A stretch of 62,452 nt of DNA from Vicinamibacterales bacterium (GTDB lineage Bacteria; Acidobacteriota; Vicinamibacteria; Vicinamibacterales; UBA2999). The position numbers and the translations under genes were made by a program. Below are positions 29,647 to 42,729 of the stretch, piece after piece. The stretch spans positions 1 to 62,452 of the forward strand of contig DAINQP010000006.1 in the NCBI GenBank assembly GCA_036742665.1, read 5' to 3'. Every line of letters begins with the position of its first letter. Within the stretch, counting starts at the first letter, position 1. The notes beneath the pieces were generated by a model. The model was not told the DNA's origin. It searched no databases and worked only from the letters and a program-made list of their open reading frames with translations.

Positions 29647-30960
29647 GTGGAATCTCGCGCGCTTACGCCCGAGCAGTTCCTCCTGACACTGCTTGTCCGG
29701 CTGGCAGCGATCGCGGTGCTGGCGACCATGCTGGCGCGCTACCGCAGGTTTCGTCACATCCTGATCTTCGAGCGCCGTGGCTGGGTCGATCGGCTGGTCT
29801 TTACCCTGTCGATCGGCGTCCCGATCATGGCCGGCGTCACCAGCCGTGTGATCCTGAAGTACGACGCCGCCGATCTGACGCTCGAAGGGGCTCTACTCGC
29901 CGGACTGATCGCCGGTCCGTACACCGGTGCCTTGGTCGGCCTCATGGCCTCCATCCCACCGGTGTTTGCCGGCGAGGTGATCGCTTTGCCCTTCCTCGTC
30001 GGCTGCGGGTTCGCCGGCGGCGGTTTGCGCGAGGCATGCCCGAAGGAAGCGATCTGGAAATTCTCGCCATTCGTGCTGATGGACCTGCCCAAGCACATCT
30101 GGCACATCGTCCGAAAGATCGAACCCAACTGGCAGATCATCCTGCTGCTCACGCCGGTGGCGCTCGAGTTGCTGCGAGTCACGCTTGGCGTGCGGTTCGG
30201 CGGGGGGCGGCTCTTCTTCTTCAATTCACCGTCACCCTGGATGATGACGGCGGTGGTGCTCGCGACGGCGATCGGCGTGGCCACGCCGATCAAGATCTGG
30301 AACAGCGCCCGCATCGAGCATCGGCTGCAAGAGCAGGAAAAGGCGCTCCTGGCCGCGAAGATCGAGGCGCTCAAGAGCCAGATCAACCCGCACTTCTTGT
30401 TCAACACGCTGACGTCCATCTCCTCGCTGATCCGCTCACAGCCCGACACCGCCCGAACCCTGATCATCAAGCTCTCGGCGCTGCTTCGTCGACTGCTACG
30501 CAGTCACCAGCAGTTCGTGACACTGCGCGAGGAGCTCGAATCGATCGATGAATATCTCGACATCGAGGTGATTCGCTTCGGACCGAATCTTCGCGTAAAG
30601 AAGGAGATTGGTCCGGGTACGCTGGACGTTCTCGTGCCAAGCATGATCCTGCAGCCGCTGGTCGAGAACTCGATCAAACATGGGCTGTCGCGAAAGATCG
30701 GCCCCGGCTCGATTACCATCCGAAGCGCGCGCCACGCCGGACGCGCCATCATCGAGGTCGAGGACGACGGAATGGGATTCATGCTGGATCGGTTGGGAGA
30801 GCCGATGTCGAGCGGGATCGGTCTGGCCAACGTCCGCGAACGTCTTGCCGTCGTTTACGGCACGGCCTACCAATTGACGCTCGACAGTGAGCCGGGCCGT
30901 GGTACCAGTGCACGGATCGAGGTTCCAGAGCTCGTCGCACCTGAACAAATCACCGCATGA
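29647..30960 (+). CDS. LytS/YehU-type membrane sensor histidine kinase
   Basis: N-terminal TM domain; ALKSQINPHFLFNTL, LQPLVENSIKHG, EDDGMG, GIGLANV; TACAAT 6 nt before GTG. Confidence 0.93.
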   Translation: MESRALTPEQFLLTLLVRLAAIAVLATMLARYRRFRHILIFERRGWVDRLVFTLSIGVPIMAGVTSRVILKYDAADLTLEGALLAGLIAGPYTGALVGLMASIPPVFAGEVIALPFLVGCGFAGGGLREACPKEAIWKFSPFVLMDLPKHIWHIVRKIEPNWQIILLLTPVALELLRVTLGVRFGGGRLFFFNSPSPWMMTAVVLATAIGVATPIKIWNSARIEHRLQEQEKALLAAKIEALKSQINPHFLFNTLTSISSLIRSQPDTARTLIIKLSALLRRLLRSHQQFVTLREELESIDEYLDIEVIRFGPNLRVKKEIGPGTLDVLVPSMILQPLVENSIKHGLSRKIGPGSITIRSARHAGRAIIEVEDDGMGFMLDRLGEPMSSGIGLANVRERLAVVYGTAYQLTLDSEPGRGTSARIEVPELVAPEQITA

Positions 30961-31757
30961 GTATCGCGATGCGCGTAGTCGTCGTTGACGATGAGCAACT
31001 CGCTCGCGAAGAGCTCTGCTATCAGCTCGAGCAGATGGACGGCATTCAGATCGTCGCCCAGGCGAGCAACGGCATCGAAGCGCTCGGTGCGGTCGAGCAG
31101 CACGAGCCCGACCTCGTGTTCCTCGACATTCAGATGCCTGGCCTCGGCGGATTCGAAGTCGCCCGGCGCCTGCTCGAGCATCAGGACGAAGCCCCGGCAC
31201 TCGTCTTCGTCACCGCGTTCGACCAGTACGCCATCGAAGCGTTCGAGGTGAACGCCGTCGATTACCTGCTCAAGCCCGTGGAATCGGGACGGCTCGAACA
31301 GGCGCTGCAGCGGGCCCGTCGGAGGGTCGAGGCGGAACGTCCCGGCCCGTCCGTGCCGGTGCCCACGAACGATCAACTCGAGCAAATCGTCAAAATGATG
31401 GCCGCCGGGCGCCAGACGCGGCGCGACCAAGTCGCCATCCGTGTTGGCGAGCGGTTCGTTCTGGTCCAGGCCGAGGAAATCATCTATGCCTCGCTGGCCG
31501 ACGAGTCGATTAACATAGTTACAGGGCAGGTTGCGGGCACGTCGAACTACCGGACCTTGGACGACCTGCAGGCACGGCTCGACCCGGATGTGTTCTGGCG
31601 CGTGCACCGCTCGCACCTGGTCAACATCAATAAGATCAAGGAGATTGTCCCTTGGTTCAGCAGGAACTACATCCTTCGGATGAAGGACGCGAAGGGTACG
31701 GAGATACCGGTGAGCCGGGCGCAGACGAAGCGTCTCAGGGACTATCTCAAGCTCTAA
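30957..31757 (+). CDS. LytTR-family response regulator
   Basis: VVDDE, FLDIQMP, VTAFDQYA, DYLLKP, FWRVHRSHLVN, IPVSR. Confidence 0.95.
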   Translation: MSIAMRVVVVDDEQLAREELCYQLEQMDGIQIVAQASNGIEALGAVEQHEPDLVFLDIQMPGLGGFEVARRLLEHQDEAPALVFVTAFDQYAIEAFEVNAVDYLLKPVESGRLEQALQRARRRVEAERPGPSVPVPTNDQLEQIVKMMAAGRQTRRDQVAIRVGERFVLVQAEEIIYASLADESINIVTGQVAGTSNYRTLDDLQARLDPDVFWRVHRSHLVNINKIKEIVPWFSRNYILRMKDAKGTEIPVSRAQTKRLRDYLKL

Positions 31758-31771
31758 ACGAACCGGCTCCG

Positions 31772-32392
31772 GTGTTCGAAACGGCCGCAGTGTTCGAGCC
31801 GGTGAGCGATCCCCCACTCGGAGAAATTCATCTCGAGGTCGAAGAGAAGCCGTCAGTCGTAATGATGCAGCGGCTTCACGTCTGGAAGGACGAACTCGTC
31901 GCCTGGTTCAAGACGCTGTTCTCCGCCGCCGTGTACGCCACGCTCATCGTCACGTTTGGATTCCAGGTTGCGCGCGTCGAAGGCCAGAGCATGGCGCCGA
32001 CGCTGGCCGATCAGGATCGGCTCATCGTCAACAAGTTCGCGTATCGTCTCGGCGCGCCGCGCCGTGGCGATATCGTGATGCTCTATTACCCGCTGAACCC
32101 CGATAAGTCGTTCGTCAAGCGCGTGATCGCCGAAGAAGGCGATGAGGTCCGCATCGTTGACGGCCGTGTGTATGTCAACGACGTGCCGATGGTGGACGAC
32201 TTCGTGCCGCCTGAGTATCGCAGCCACGACGACTTCGGACCGACGCGCATCCAAGAAGGCTACTACTTCGTGATGGGCGATCACCGGAACAACAGTTCCG
32301 ATAGCCGGCACTGGGGCATGGTTCCGAAGAAGTACATCATCGGCCGTGTGCAAGTGCGTTGGTGGCCGATACCGCACGCGCGGGTGTTCTGA
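31772..32392 (+). CDS. lepB: Signal peptidase I
   Basis: EGQSMAPTL (Ser), FVKRVIA (Lys), YFVMGDHRNNSSDSR; start uncertain (GTG 31772, GTG 31802 or ATG 31862). Confidence 0.93.
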   Translation: MFETAAVFEPVSDPPLGEIHLEVEEKPSVVMMQRLHVWKDELVAWFKTLFSAAVYATLIVTFGFQVARVEGQSMAPTLADQDRLIVNKFAYRLGAPRRGDIVMLYYPLNPDKSFVKRVIAEEGDEVRIVDGRVYVNDVPMVDDFVPPEYRSHDDFGPTRIQEGYYFVMGDHRNNSSDSRHWGMVPKKYIIGRVQVRWWPIPHARVF

Positions 32393-33318
32393 CGGACCGA
32401 TACACCGAAGTCACGCGGGTTCTCAACCGCGTACTCCTCCTCAACCTCGTCGTCGCCGTCGCGAAGATCGCGCTGGGTTATTACTCCGGTGCGGTGTCAA
32501 TCCTCTCCGATGGGTTTCACTCGCTGACCGATTCGGCCTCGAACGTCGTGGCACTGGTTGGCGTGTCTGTCGCCCGTCGTCCGCCTGATGCCGATCACCC
32601 CTACGGCCATCGCAAATACGAGACGATGGCTTCGCTGGCGATTCTGGTGTTCCTCGTGGTCGTGCTGGTCCAGGTGCTGAGCGCGGCGGCCGATCGGTTG
32701 GTGAATGGCGGCACGCCCAGAGTCTTCCCCGAAGGCATCGGACTCATGACCGTGACGCTCATCGTCAACATTTTCGTCGTCTCGTACGAGATGCGCGCGG
32801 GCAAACGGCTGAACAGCGAGGTGCTGCGGGCCGATGCGAAGCACACGCGCAGCGATGTGCTGACCACCGGGGCCGTGCTCGGGGCATTGATCGGCGTCTG
32901 GTGGGGCTATCCGCTGCTCGACCCGATGGCGGCGCTGCTCGTCGCCGGGTTCATCGGCCACGCGTGCTGGAGCATCGCGCAGGAAGCGTCGCGCATCCTC
33001 GGTGATCAGATCGTCCTGCCGGAGCGCGAGGTCAGGGAGGTCGTGCAGTCGGTTCAAGGAGTGATTGGGTGCGAAAAGATCCGCACACGTGGCGCGGCAG
33101 ACTATGCGTTTCTGGATTTGCACCTCTGGCTCGACGGCGACATGCCGCTGAAAACGGCGCACTCTGCCTCCCACGTCGTCAAGGACCGGCTGATGGCCAG
33201 ATTCCCGCAATTGGCCGACGTCGTCATTCACATCGAGCCGCCTCCTTTAACACCTTCCAACGCCCAAAGCCCAATTCCCAACCACTCCCAACTCCCCAGC
33301 TCCCCAAGAAATCTGTAA
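32359..33318 (+). CDS. Cation diffusion facilitator (FieF-like) transporter
   Basis: SDGFHSLTD, DADHPYGHRKYE, DAKHTRSD, DVVIHIEP. Confidence 0.92.
   Translation: MVADTARAGVLTDRYTEVTRVLNRVLLLNLVVAVAKIALGYYSGAVSILSDGFHSLTDSASNVVALVGVSVARRPPDADHPYGHRKYETMASLAILVFLVVVLVQVLSAAADRLVNGGTPRVFPEGIGLMTVTLIVNIFVVSYEMRAGKRLNSEVLRADAKHTRSDVLTTGAVLGALIGVWWGYPLLDPMAALLVAGFIGHACWSIAQEASRILGDQIVLPEREVREVVQSVQGVIGCEKIRTRGAADYAFLDLHLWLDGDMPLKTAHSASHVVKDRLMARFPQLADVVIHIEPPPLTPSNAQSPIPNHSQLPSSPRNL
33255..33307. repeat. Heptamer repeat (CCCAA-type) forming the CDF C-terminal tail
   Basis: ttccaacgcccaaagcccaattcccaaccactcccaactccccagctcccc encodes SNAQSPIPNHSQLPSSP. Confidence 0.75.
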
Positions 33319-33337
33319 TGCAGCGCCCATGTCTTGA

Positions 33338-34819
<1,482 letters not shown>

Positions 34820-34822
34820 CTC

Positions 34823-34889
34823 GGTTGGTGGTTGGTGGTTGGTGGTTTTTGGAACCAAGAACGACTAACCACCAACCACTAACCACCAC
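34823..34889. repeat. Inverted heptamer repeat (GGTTGGT / ACCAACC) between convergent genes
   Basis: ggttggtggttggtggttggtgg ... taaccaccaaccactaaccaccac. Confidence 0.85.
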
Positions 34890-34891
34890 TT

Positions 34892-36250
34892 TCAGTGCGT
34901 GGACGCCGTCACCGGCGCGCCCGCGATCGCGCTGCGTGGCACATGTCGTCCAATGATGGCCAACGAGAGGAAGACCAGCGCCATCAGAATCGCCCACGAC
35001 GTGAAGTACGCGGGCGACCCTCCAAGATTCAGCGCGTAGTTGCCGACGTACACGGCAAGCACATTGCCCACGCGTCCGAACGCCACCGCGGCGCCGACGC
35101 CCGTGCTGCGGATCTCGGTCGGATAGACGTGCGCGGCCAGCGCGTACATCGTGGTCTGCACCGCGTTGAGCAACCCGCCGGTGACCAGGAACATCGCCAT
35201 GAGATTGAAGGTGTCCATCGGGTTGAGCGGGATCTGCGACATCACCAGCGAGCACACCACGGCAATCGCCGACATCCCGAGCATCGTCACGCGTGAACCG
35301 AGGCGCTGGATGATGAGCGCGCCCATCACCGCTCCGACGACGCCGCCGATGTTGACCATCGTGAGACCACGGCTCGCCGACGGTTGATCGAAGCCGGCGC
35401 CACTCAACATCGCCGGCACGAGTTGAATGGCCACGTAATTGACCATCAAACAGAAGAAGAACGAGCCCCACAGGCCGCTGGTATCGCGCAGGTACGAGGG
35501 CGCAAACAGATCACCAATGCTGGCGCGCTTTCCGGGCACACCCGCCGTCGCCGCCTCGACATAACTCACGTCATCGGGCACGTTGTGTCCGATTCGGCGC
35601 AGCAAACGCGTCAGCTCCGGCCAACGCTCCTTCCGTTGCGCCATGAAGCGCGGCGACTCGGGGAGCACAAACCACAGAATCGCGGCGAGGACGAGTGGAA
35701 TGGCTCCGCCGATGATGAAGAGGTTCTTCCAACCATACACGGGGATGATGCGCGCGGCGAGTTCGGCTGCGACGAAGCCTCCGAGCGGAATGCAGACGAT
35801 CGTGAAGGTCACCGCCGATGGGCGCTGCCGGCGTGGCACGTATTCCGATGCCAGGGTCGCCGCGTTCGGCATCGCGCCGCCGAGGCCGACGCCCGAGAGG
35901 AACCGCAGTATCAGGAGGGTGCCAGGAGTCTCGACGAACGCGATCGCGATTGTGAGAAGCCCGAAGGTGATCACGCTGGCCAGGAGCGCGGTGCGCCGGC
36001 CCAGTCGATCGCCCATCAGGCCGCCGAGGAGGCCGCCAATCATCATTCCGAATGGGCCTGACGCCAGCGCATTGATGAACGCCGCACGCGGCAGTCCCCA
36101 TTCCCTGATCAGCGTCGGGATGGTGTTTGGCAGGAGCTGGTTGTCTACGCCGTCGAGAATGATGGTGAGCGCAGTGCCGAATACGAGCAGCTTCTGGTAC
36201 CCGGTCCAGCGCCCTTCGTCGAGCACTGCACCGACATCGACCGTCTTCAT
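34892..36250 (-). CDS. MFS aromatic acid:H+ symporter (AAHS, PcaK/VanK-like)
   Basis: IILDGVD, GDRLGRR, GVGLGGAMPNA..LASEYVP, YP.EIRSTGVG; alternative start at 36268. Confidence 0.88.
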   Translation of the reverse strand: MKTVDVGAVLDEGRWTGYQKLLVFGTALTIILDGVDNQLLPNTIPTLIREWGLPRAAFINALASGPFGMMIGGLLGGLMGDRLGRRTALLASVITFGLLTIAIAFVETPGTLLILRFLSGVGLGGAMPNAATLASEYVPRRQRPSAVTFTIVCIPLGGFVAAELAARIIPVYGWKNLFIIGGAIPLVLAAILWFVLPESPRFMAQRKERWPELTRLLRRIGHNVPDDVSYVEAATAGVPGKRASIGDLFAPSYLRDTSGLWGSFFFCLMVNYVAIQLVPAMLSGAGFDQPSASRGLTMVNIGGVVGAVMGALIIQRLGSRVTMLGMSAIAVVCSLVMSQIPLNPMDTFNLMAMFLVTGGLLNAVQTTMYALAAHVYPTEIRSTGVGAAVAFGRVGNVLAVYVGNYALNLGGSPAYFTSWAILMALVFLSLAIIGRHVPRSAIAGAPVTASTH

Positions 36251-36289
36251 TCGGATCCTCTCTCCCACGTAGGCCGCACGTTAACGAAG

Positions 36290-36309
36290 GGGCCGCCTCG
36301 AGGCGGCCC
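36290..36309. repeat. Perfect 20-bp palindrome (REP-like) between divergent genes
   Basis: gggccgcctc gaggcggccc. Confidence 0.7.
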
Positions 36310-36343
36310 GAAGTATATCAGTCACCGCATATGATGCTCTGAC

Positions 36344-37273
36344 GTGACCGACGCGGCGGCGCTCCTCCTCGAGATCTTCACGAACGACCTGTTGCCCGTG
36401 TTCGCCATTGCCGGTGCCGGATTCCTGCTGGCCCGATTCGCCGGCGTGCAGGTCCAGGGTGTGTCGCGGCTCACCTTCCATGTGCTCGCCCCGGCGCTGG
36501 TGTTCGATGTCCTGGTGTCGTCCACGCTCGATGCCGGGCAGTCCAGCCGGATGGCGCTGTTCTACATGCTCGTCACGCTCTCAGCGGCGATCATGGCCAG
36601 AATCGCCGCGATCCCACTGCGGCTAGACCGCCGCATGCTCGCAGCATTCATGCTCGTGGCAATCTCGTCGAACAGCGGCAACTACGGGCTGCCGGTGACG
36701 CTGTTGGCGTTCGGCCGAGACGCGTTGGCGTTTGCCAGCGTGTACTTCGTCTCCAGCGCGATCTTCAGCTATACAGGCGGCGTGCTGATCGCGGCCAGCG
36801 GACGCCTGAGCACTCGCGAGGCGGTGACTCGCCTTTTCCGGGTACCGGCGTTCTATGCAGCCGTGGCCGCGCTGATCATCATGGCCTTGCACCTCACGGT
36901 GCCGCCGATCGTCATGCGGCCGATCACGATGCTCAGCGACGCTGCGTTGCCACTGATGATTCTCGTCCTTGGCATGCAGATCGAGCGCGCGACGATGCCG
37001 GAGCGTCCCGTCGTCGTCGCAGCAGCCGTCGGGGTGTCGCTGATCCTCATGCCGCTGGCTGCGATTGGCTGGGCGCACGTCGTCGGGCTGAAAGGGCCGG
37101 CGTTTCAGGCGGGAGTGCTGCAGTCGTCGATGCCGACGGCGGTGATGGCCACGATTCTTGCCTTGGAGTTCGACGCACAGCCACAGTTCGTGACCAGCGT
37201 GGTGTGTATCGCTACGCTCCTCAGCCCAGTGACGGTGACGCTGCTAATCGCATACCTGCAACGTAGTGGGTAA
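36344..37273 (+). CDS. AEC (auxin efflux carrier) family transporter
   Basis: About 10 TM segments; SNSGNYGLP, LVLGMQ, SSMPTAV; TATGAT 8 nt before GTG. Confidence 0.88.
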   Translation: MTDAAALLLEIFTNDLLPVFAIAGAGFLLARFAGVQVQGVSRLTFHVLAPALVFDVLVSSTLDAGQSSRMALFYMLVTLSAAIMARIAAIPLRLDRRMLAAFMLVAISSNSGNYGLPVTLLAFGRDALAFASVYFVSSAIFSYTGGVLIAASGRLSTREAVTRLFRVPAFYAAVAALIIMALHLTVPPIVMRPITMLSDAALPLMILVLGMQIERATMPERPVVVAAAVGVSLILMPLAAIGWAHVVGLKGPAFQAGVLQSSMPTAVMATILALEFDAQPQFVTSVVCIATLLSPVTVTLLIAYLQRSG

Positions 37274-38423
37274 TGAACGCAGCCACGCCGCAGCCGGCGA
37301 TCACTGCCGCCAGCGGCACGGCGGTGCCATTGGCAAACGCACCGACGAGCGCGCCCGTCACTGAGCCGAGGACGAACTGAACGGTGCCAAGCAGCGCCGA
37401 GGCACTACCGGCCACCTGGCCATGCGGCGCCATCGCAAGCGCCGTCGTATTCGGCAGCACAAAGCCATGACTCATGATGAAAAAGAACAGCGGCACGAGG
37501 ATGCCGGCGAATCCTCCCAGTCCGGTATAGGCATCGAACAACAGGACGAGGCTCGCGCTCAGTGCCACCGTGAGCATGATGCCGACGATGCGTCTCGCAT
37601 CGAGCCGTGAGGCCAGCCAACGATTGAACTGTGACGCGGCCATGATGCCGATGCCGTTGATGCCGAAGAAGATTCCGTATCGCTCGGGCGGCACGTGAAA
37701 CAGCTCGATGAATACAAAGGGCGAGCCTGAGATGTAGGCGAGCAGTCCGGCGAAGATCAGCGCGCCCGACAGGACGTAGCCGATGTAGGTGCGGTCGCGA
37801 AGCAATTGCCCATAGACGCCGATGACCTTACCGATCGGCTGCGGCCGTCGTCGTCCGACGGGCAGGCTCTCGGGCAGAAACGCCATGACGACAATGAGCC
37901 AGAGGACCGCGTAGCCGGCCAGCAGCCAGAACACTGATCGCCAGCCGAAGTTGACCAGCAGTTGTCCCCCGATGAGCGGGGCGAGAATCGGTCCAAGCCC
38001 GAACACCAGCATCAGCATCGACAGCATCCGGATCGACCCGAGCTGATCGAAGTAGTCGCGCACGACGGCGCGCGGAATGACCACGGGCGCGCACCCACCG
38101 AGCGCCTGCAGAAAGCGGAAGGCGATCAGCGCGCGGACGCTCTCGGCCCACGCGCAGCCGAGTGACGAGACGATGAATACGATTAGGCCGAAGTAGAGCG
38201 CGGGCTTGCGGCCGACGGCGTCAGACAGCGGCCCGTAGAATGCCTGCCCGATGGCAATGCCCGCGAAGTAGGCGGCGAGGCTGACCTGTACCGCGGCGGC
38301 ATCAGCGCTGAATTCGCGCGCGATGGTCGGCAGCGCCGGCAAGTACATATCGATCGCCAACGGGCCAATGGCGGTCAGCGCACCAAGGATCAGCGCGAGC
38401 CGGCGATATTCGGCTGACGTCAC
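37221..38423 (-). CDS. Bcr/CflA-family multidrug MFS exporter
   Basis: [46 protein letters not shown]. Confidence 0.93.
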   Translation of the reverse strand: MTSAEYRRLALILGALTAIGPLAIDMYLPALPTIAREFSADAAAVQVSLAAYFAGIAIGQAFYGPLSDAVGRKPALYFGLIVFIVSSLGCAWAESVRALIAFRFLQALGGCAPVVIPRAVVRDYFDQLGSIRMLSMLMLVFGLGPILAPLIGGQLLVNFGWRSVFWLLAGYAVLWLIVVMAFLPESLPVGRRRPQPIGKVIGVYGQLLRDRTYIGYVLSGALIFAGLLAYISGSPFVFIELFHVPPERYGIFFGINGIGIMAASQFNRWLASRLDARRIVGIMLTVALSASLVLLFDAYTGLGGFAGILVPLFFFIMSHGFVLPNTTALAMAPHGQVAGSASALLGTVQFVLGSVTGALVGAFANGTAVPLAAVIAGCGVAAFITHYVAGMRLAASPSLG

Positions 38424-38902
38424 CGGGGCGCGGAGCGACGATAGTGCCCCGATCGACCACCGGATTTCTCGACGAGGCAGATGTCGCCGATGACCATGTC
38501 CTTGTCCACGGCCTTGACCATGTCGTAGATCGTCAATGCCGCGACGGAAACCGCGGTCAGCGCTTCCATCTCAACACCGGTCTTGCCCTCGGTGCGAACG
38601 CGCGCGTCGATGCGGTAGCCGCGACGGGTTGGCGTCAGGTCGACACTCACGTGAGTCAACTGCAGCGGATGACACAGCGGAATGAGCGAGGCCGTCTGCT
38701 TGGCGCCCATGATTCCGGCCAGCCGTGCCGTCTGCAGCGGATCGCCCTTGGCCACTTTGCCGGTGCGAATCAGCGTGAGCGCCGCGGCGCTCATCGTAAT
38801 CTCGCCGTGCGCCAGCGCTTCGCGGCTGGTGACCGGTTTCGCGCCCACGTCCACCATGTGCGCCTTGCCGCTGTCGTCGAGGTGCGACAACTTCTTAGCC
38901 AC
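38420..38902 (-). CDS. moaC: Cyclic pyranopterin monophosphate synthase
   Basis: [48 protein letters not shown]. Confidence 0.97.
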   Translation of the reverse strand: MAKKLSHLDDSGKAHMVDVGAKPVTSREALAHGEITMSAAALTLIRTGKVAKGDPLQTARLAGIMGAKQTASLIPLCHPLQLTHVSVDLTPTRRGYRIDARVRTEGKTGVEMEALTAVSVAALTIYDMVKAVDKDMVIGDICLVEKSGGRSGHYRRSAPR

Positions 38903-39563
38903 TCTGTTGTTCCCCCTGCGCCAGATAGAACGAGAGGCTCTCGAGCGACACGGTCAGATCGACGCTCTTCAGCTTGACGTCTTTCGGCACTTTCAGGGCA
39001 CCCGGTGAGAAGTTGAGGATCGCTTTGACGCCGGCGGTCACGACCTGATCCACGACGGGCTGCGCATGTGGCGCGGGCACGGCGATGACGGCAATGTCCA
39101 GCCGATCGCGGCGCACCACCTTCTTCAGCTCCTTGATGTCGTAAATAGGAACTCCACTTCGCGATTCGTGGCCGATCTTCTCGTTGGCGGCGTCGAAGAG
39201 CGCGGTGATCTCGAAACCTTCCTGACGAAACCCCGGGTAATCGGCCAACGCGAGGCCGAGATTGCCTGCGCCCATGATGGCCACCCGCAGATGGCGATCG
39301 AGGCCGAGAATCTGCCGGAGGTGGCGGCGCAGTTCCTTGACGTAGTAACCGACGCCCCGGACACCGAACTCGCCGAAGTACGCCAGATCCTTGCGAATCT
39401 GCGCGGCGTTGAGATGGAACTGCTCGGCCAGGGACTGGGAGGAGATGGTTTGTGTGCCGGCAGCGTCGAGTTCGTTGAGACACCGCAAGTAGACCGACAG
39501 GCGATTCGTAGTGAGCTCAGAGACCTGTTCTGGTGTCTGCCTACGCTTGTTCGAACGATTCAC
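38895..39563 (-). CDS. rex: Redox-sensing transcriptional repressor Rex
   Basis: [43 protein letters not shown]. Confidence 0.96.
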   Translation of the reverse strand: MNRSNKRRQTPEQVSELTTNRLSVYLRCLNELDAAGTQTISSQSLAEQFHLNAAQIRKDLAYFGEFGVRGVGYYVKELRRHLRQILGLDRHLRVAIMGAGNLGLALADYPGFRQEGFEITALFDAANEKIGHESRSGVPIYDIKELKKVVRRDRLDIAVIAVPAPHAQPVVDQVVTAGVKAILNFSPGALKVPKDVKLKSVDLTVSLESLSFYLAQGEQQSG

Positions 39564-39572
39564 AAGGTTCTA

Positions 39573-39582
39573 ATGCTAGCAT
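39573..39582. promoter_or_regulatory. Palindromic bidirectional -10 core ATGCTAGCAT
   Basis: Gives TAGCAT on both strands, 7 nt before ATG 39590 (+) and 9 nt before GTG 39563 (-). Confidence 0.5.
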
Positions 39583-39589
39583 CTGCGGC

Positions 39590-41575
<1,986 letters not shown>

Positions 41576-41579
41576 CGAT

Positions 41580-42677
41580 GTGAACTGGCTCGCATTTCGA
41601 GTCCTCCTCATCGTCCTCGTCGTGGCAGGGAGCGCCTGGCCCCAGGCGCCCACGCGGCGGCTCACGACCATCGACGCGCTCAAGCAATATCCCGGCTTCT
41701 TCCATCTGCAGAGCGTGCTCCTTCGTGGCGAAATCGATGACGCGACGAACAGGCTTCAACTGAAAGCGGACGAGCAGGCCATCCACGTCATCCTTGACGA
41801 GGGTGTGGCGACAAAAAAGGGCGCCGTGGAAGTGCGTGGCGTGCTCATCGATGTTGGGCGGCTCGAACCCGGCGACCCGCGCGTTGGTGGATTCGCCGAA
41901 GGACGCGACGCGGATCGCTGGCCACGTCCGGGCGAGGAATTGTTTGTCCGCATCAGTGCGGTCGCCGAGGTGCCTCCGTCCGCGACAATGCCAAGCGTGC
42001 GCGCAATCGCGCTCGAGCCGTGGAAATTCGACACGCAGAAAGTGACCGTGATCGGCAACTTCCGCGGACGGAATCTGTTCGGTGATCTACCTGGCGCACC
42101 GGGCAAGAGCCGCTACGATTTCGTGCTGCGCGGCGTCGAAGGTGCAATCTGGGTGACGAATCTGCGGCCGCGCGGCAGCGGCTTCGAGTTGGACGTCAAT
42201 CGGCGCGTGGACAGCGATCGCTGGGTCGAGGTCACGGGCACCATCGTCAGAGAGCGAGGTCTCGTCTCGATTGACGCGTCCAGGCTCACGATGGCCAAGG
42301 CTCCGCAGACGATTGAAGCGCCCGCAGAGTCAGCGGTGCCCGCAGTGACGCTCGAGCCCGTGCGAGTGGTCTTCAGCTCGCCAACCGATGGCGAGACCGA
42401 TGTCGCCGCGTCGGGCGCTATCCGCATTCAGTTTTCACGTGGACTGAACGAACCATCGTTGGCTGGGCGGCTGCGCGTTTCCTATCTCGGCGCCCCAGCC
42501 GATTCGACCCTGCCGTTCCAGACCACGTACGACGGCGCGAACCGTGCGCTGGTAATGAAGATGATACAGCCGTTCGAAGCGCTCCGTACTGTGAAGGTCG
42601 AGATCCTCGAGGGCGTCAAGGCATTCGACGGCGGGCCGGTCACGCCGTGGAGCCTTACTTTTTCAGTAGGCGGGTAG
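41580..42677 (+). CDS. Exported hypothetical protein with OB-fold-like repeats and a C-terminal Ig-like domain
   Basis: Signal peptide; C-terminal VVFSSPTDGETDV..IRIQFS..L. Confidence 0.65.
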   Translation: MNWLAFRVLLIVLVVAGSAWPQAPTRRLTTIDALKQYPGFFHLQSVLLRGEIDDATNRLQLKADEQAIHVILDEGVATKKGAVEVRGVLIDVGRLEPGDPRVGGFAEGRDADRWPRPGEELFVRISAVAEVPPSATMPSVRAIALEPWKFDTQKVTVIGNFRGRNLFGDLPGAPGKSRYDFVLRGVEGAIWVTNLRPRGSGFELDVNRRVDSDRWVEVTGTIVRERGLVSIDASRLTMAKAPQTIEAPAESAVPAVTLEPVRVVFSSPTDGETDVAASGAIRIQFSRGLNEPSLAGRLRVSYLGAPADSTLPFQTTYDGANRALVMKMIQPFEALRTVKVEILEGVKAFDGGPVTPWSLTFSVGG

Positions 42678-42680
42678 CCA

Positions 42681-42726
42681 GGTCAAAGGGCAAAGGCAAA
42701 AGGTGCCCTTTGCCTTTTGGCCTTGA
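42681..42726. repeat. Inverted degenerate repeat (GGCAAAA / TTTGCC) between convergent genes; candidate bidirectional terminator
   Basis: ggtcaaagggcaaaggcaaaagg tg ccctttgccttttggccttga. Confidence 0.75.
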
Positions 42727-42729
42727 TCG

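Noticed and set aside
39548-39565. Rex operator (TTGTGAA-N4-TTCACAA) at the rex start
   Set aside because: Only the TTCACAA half matches; the other half matches 3-4 of 7 positions
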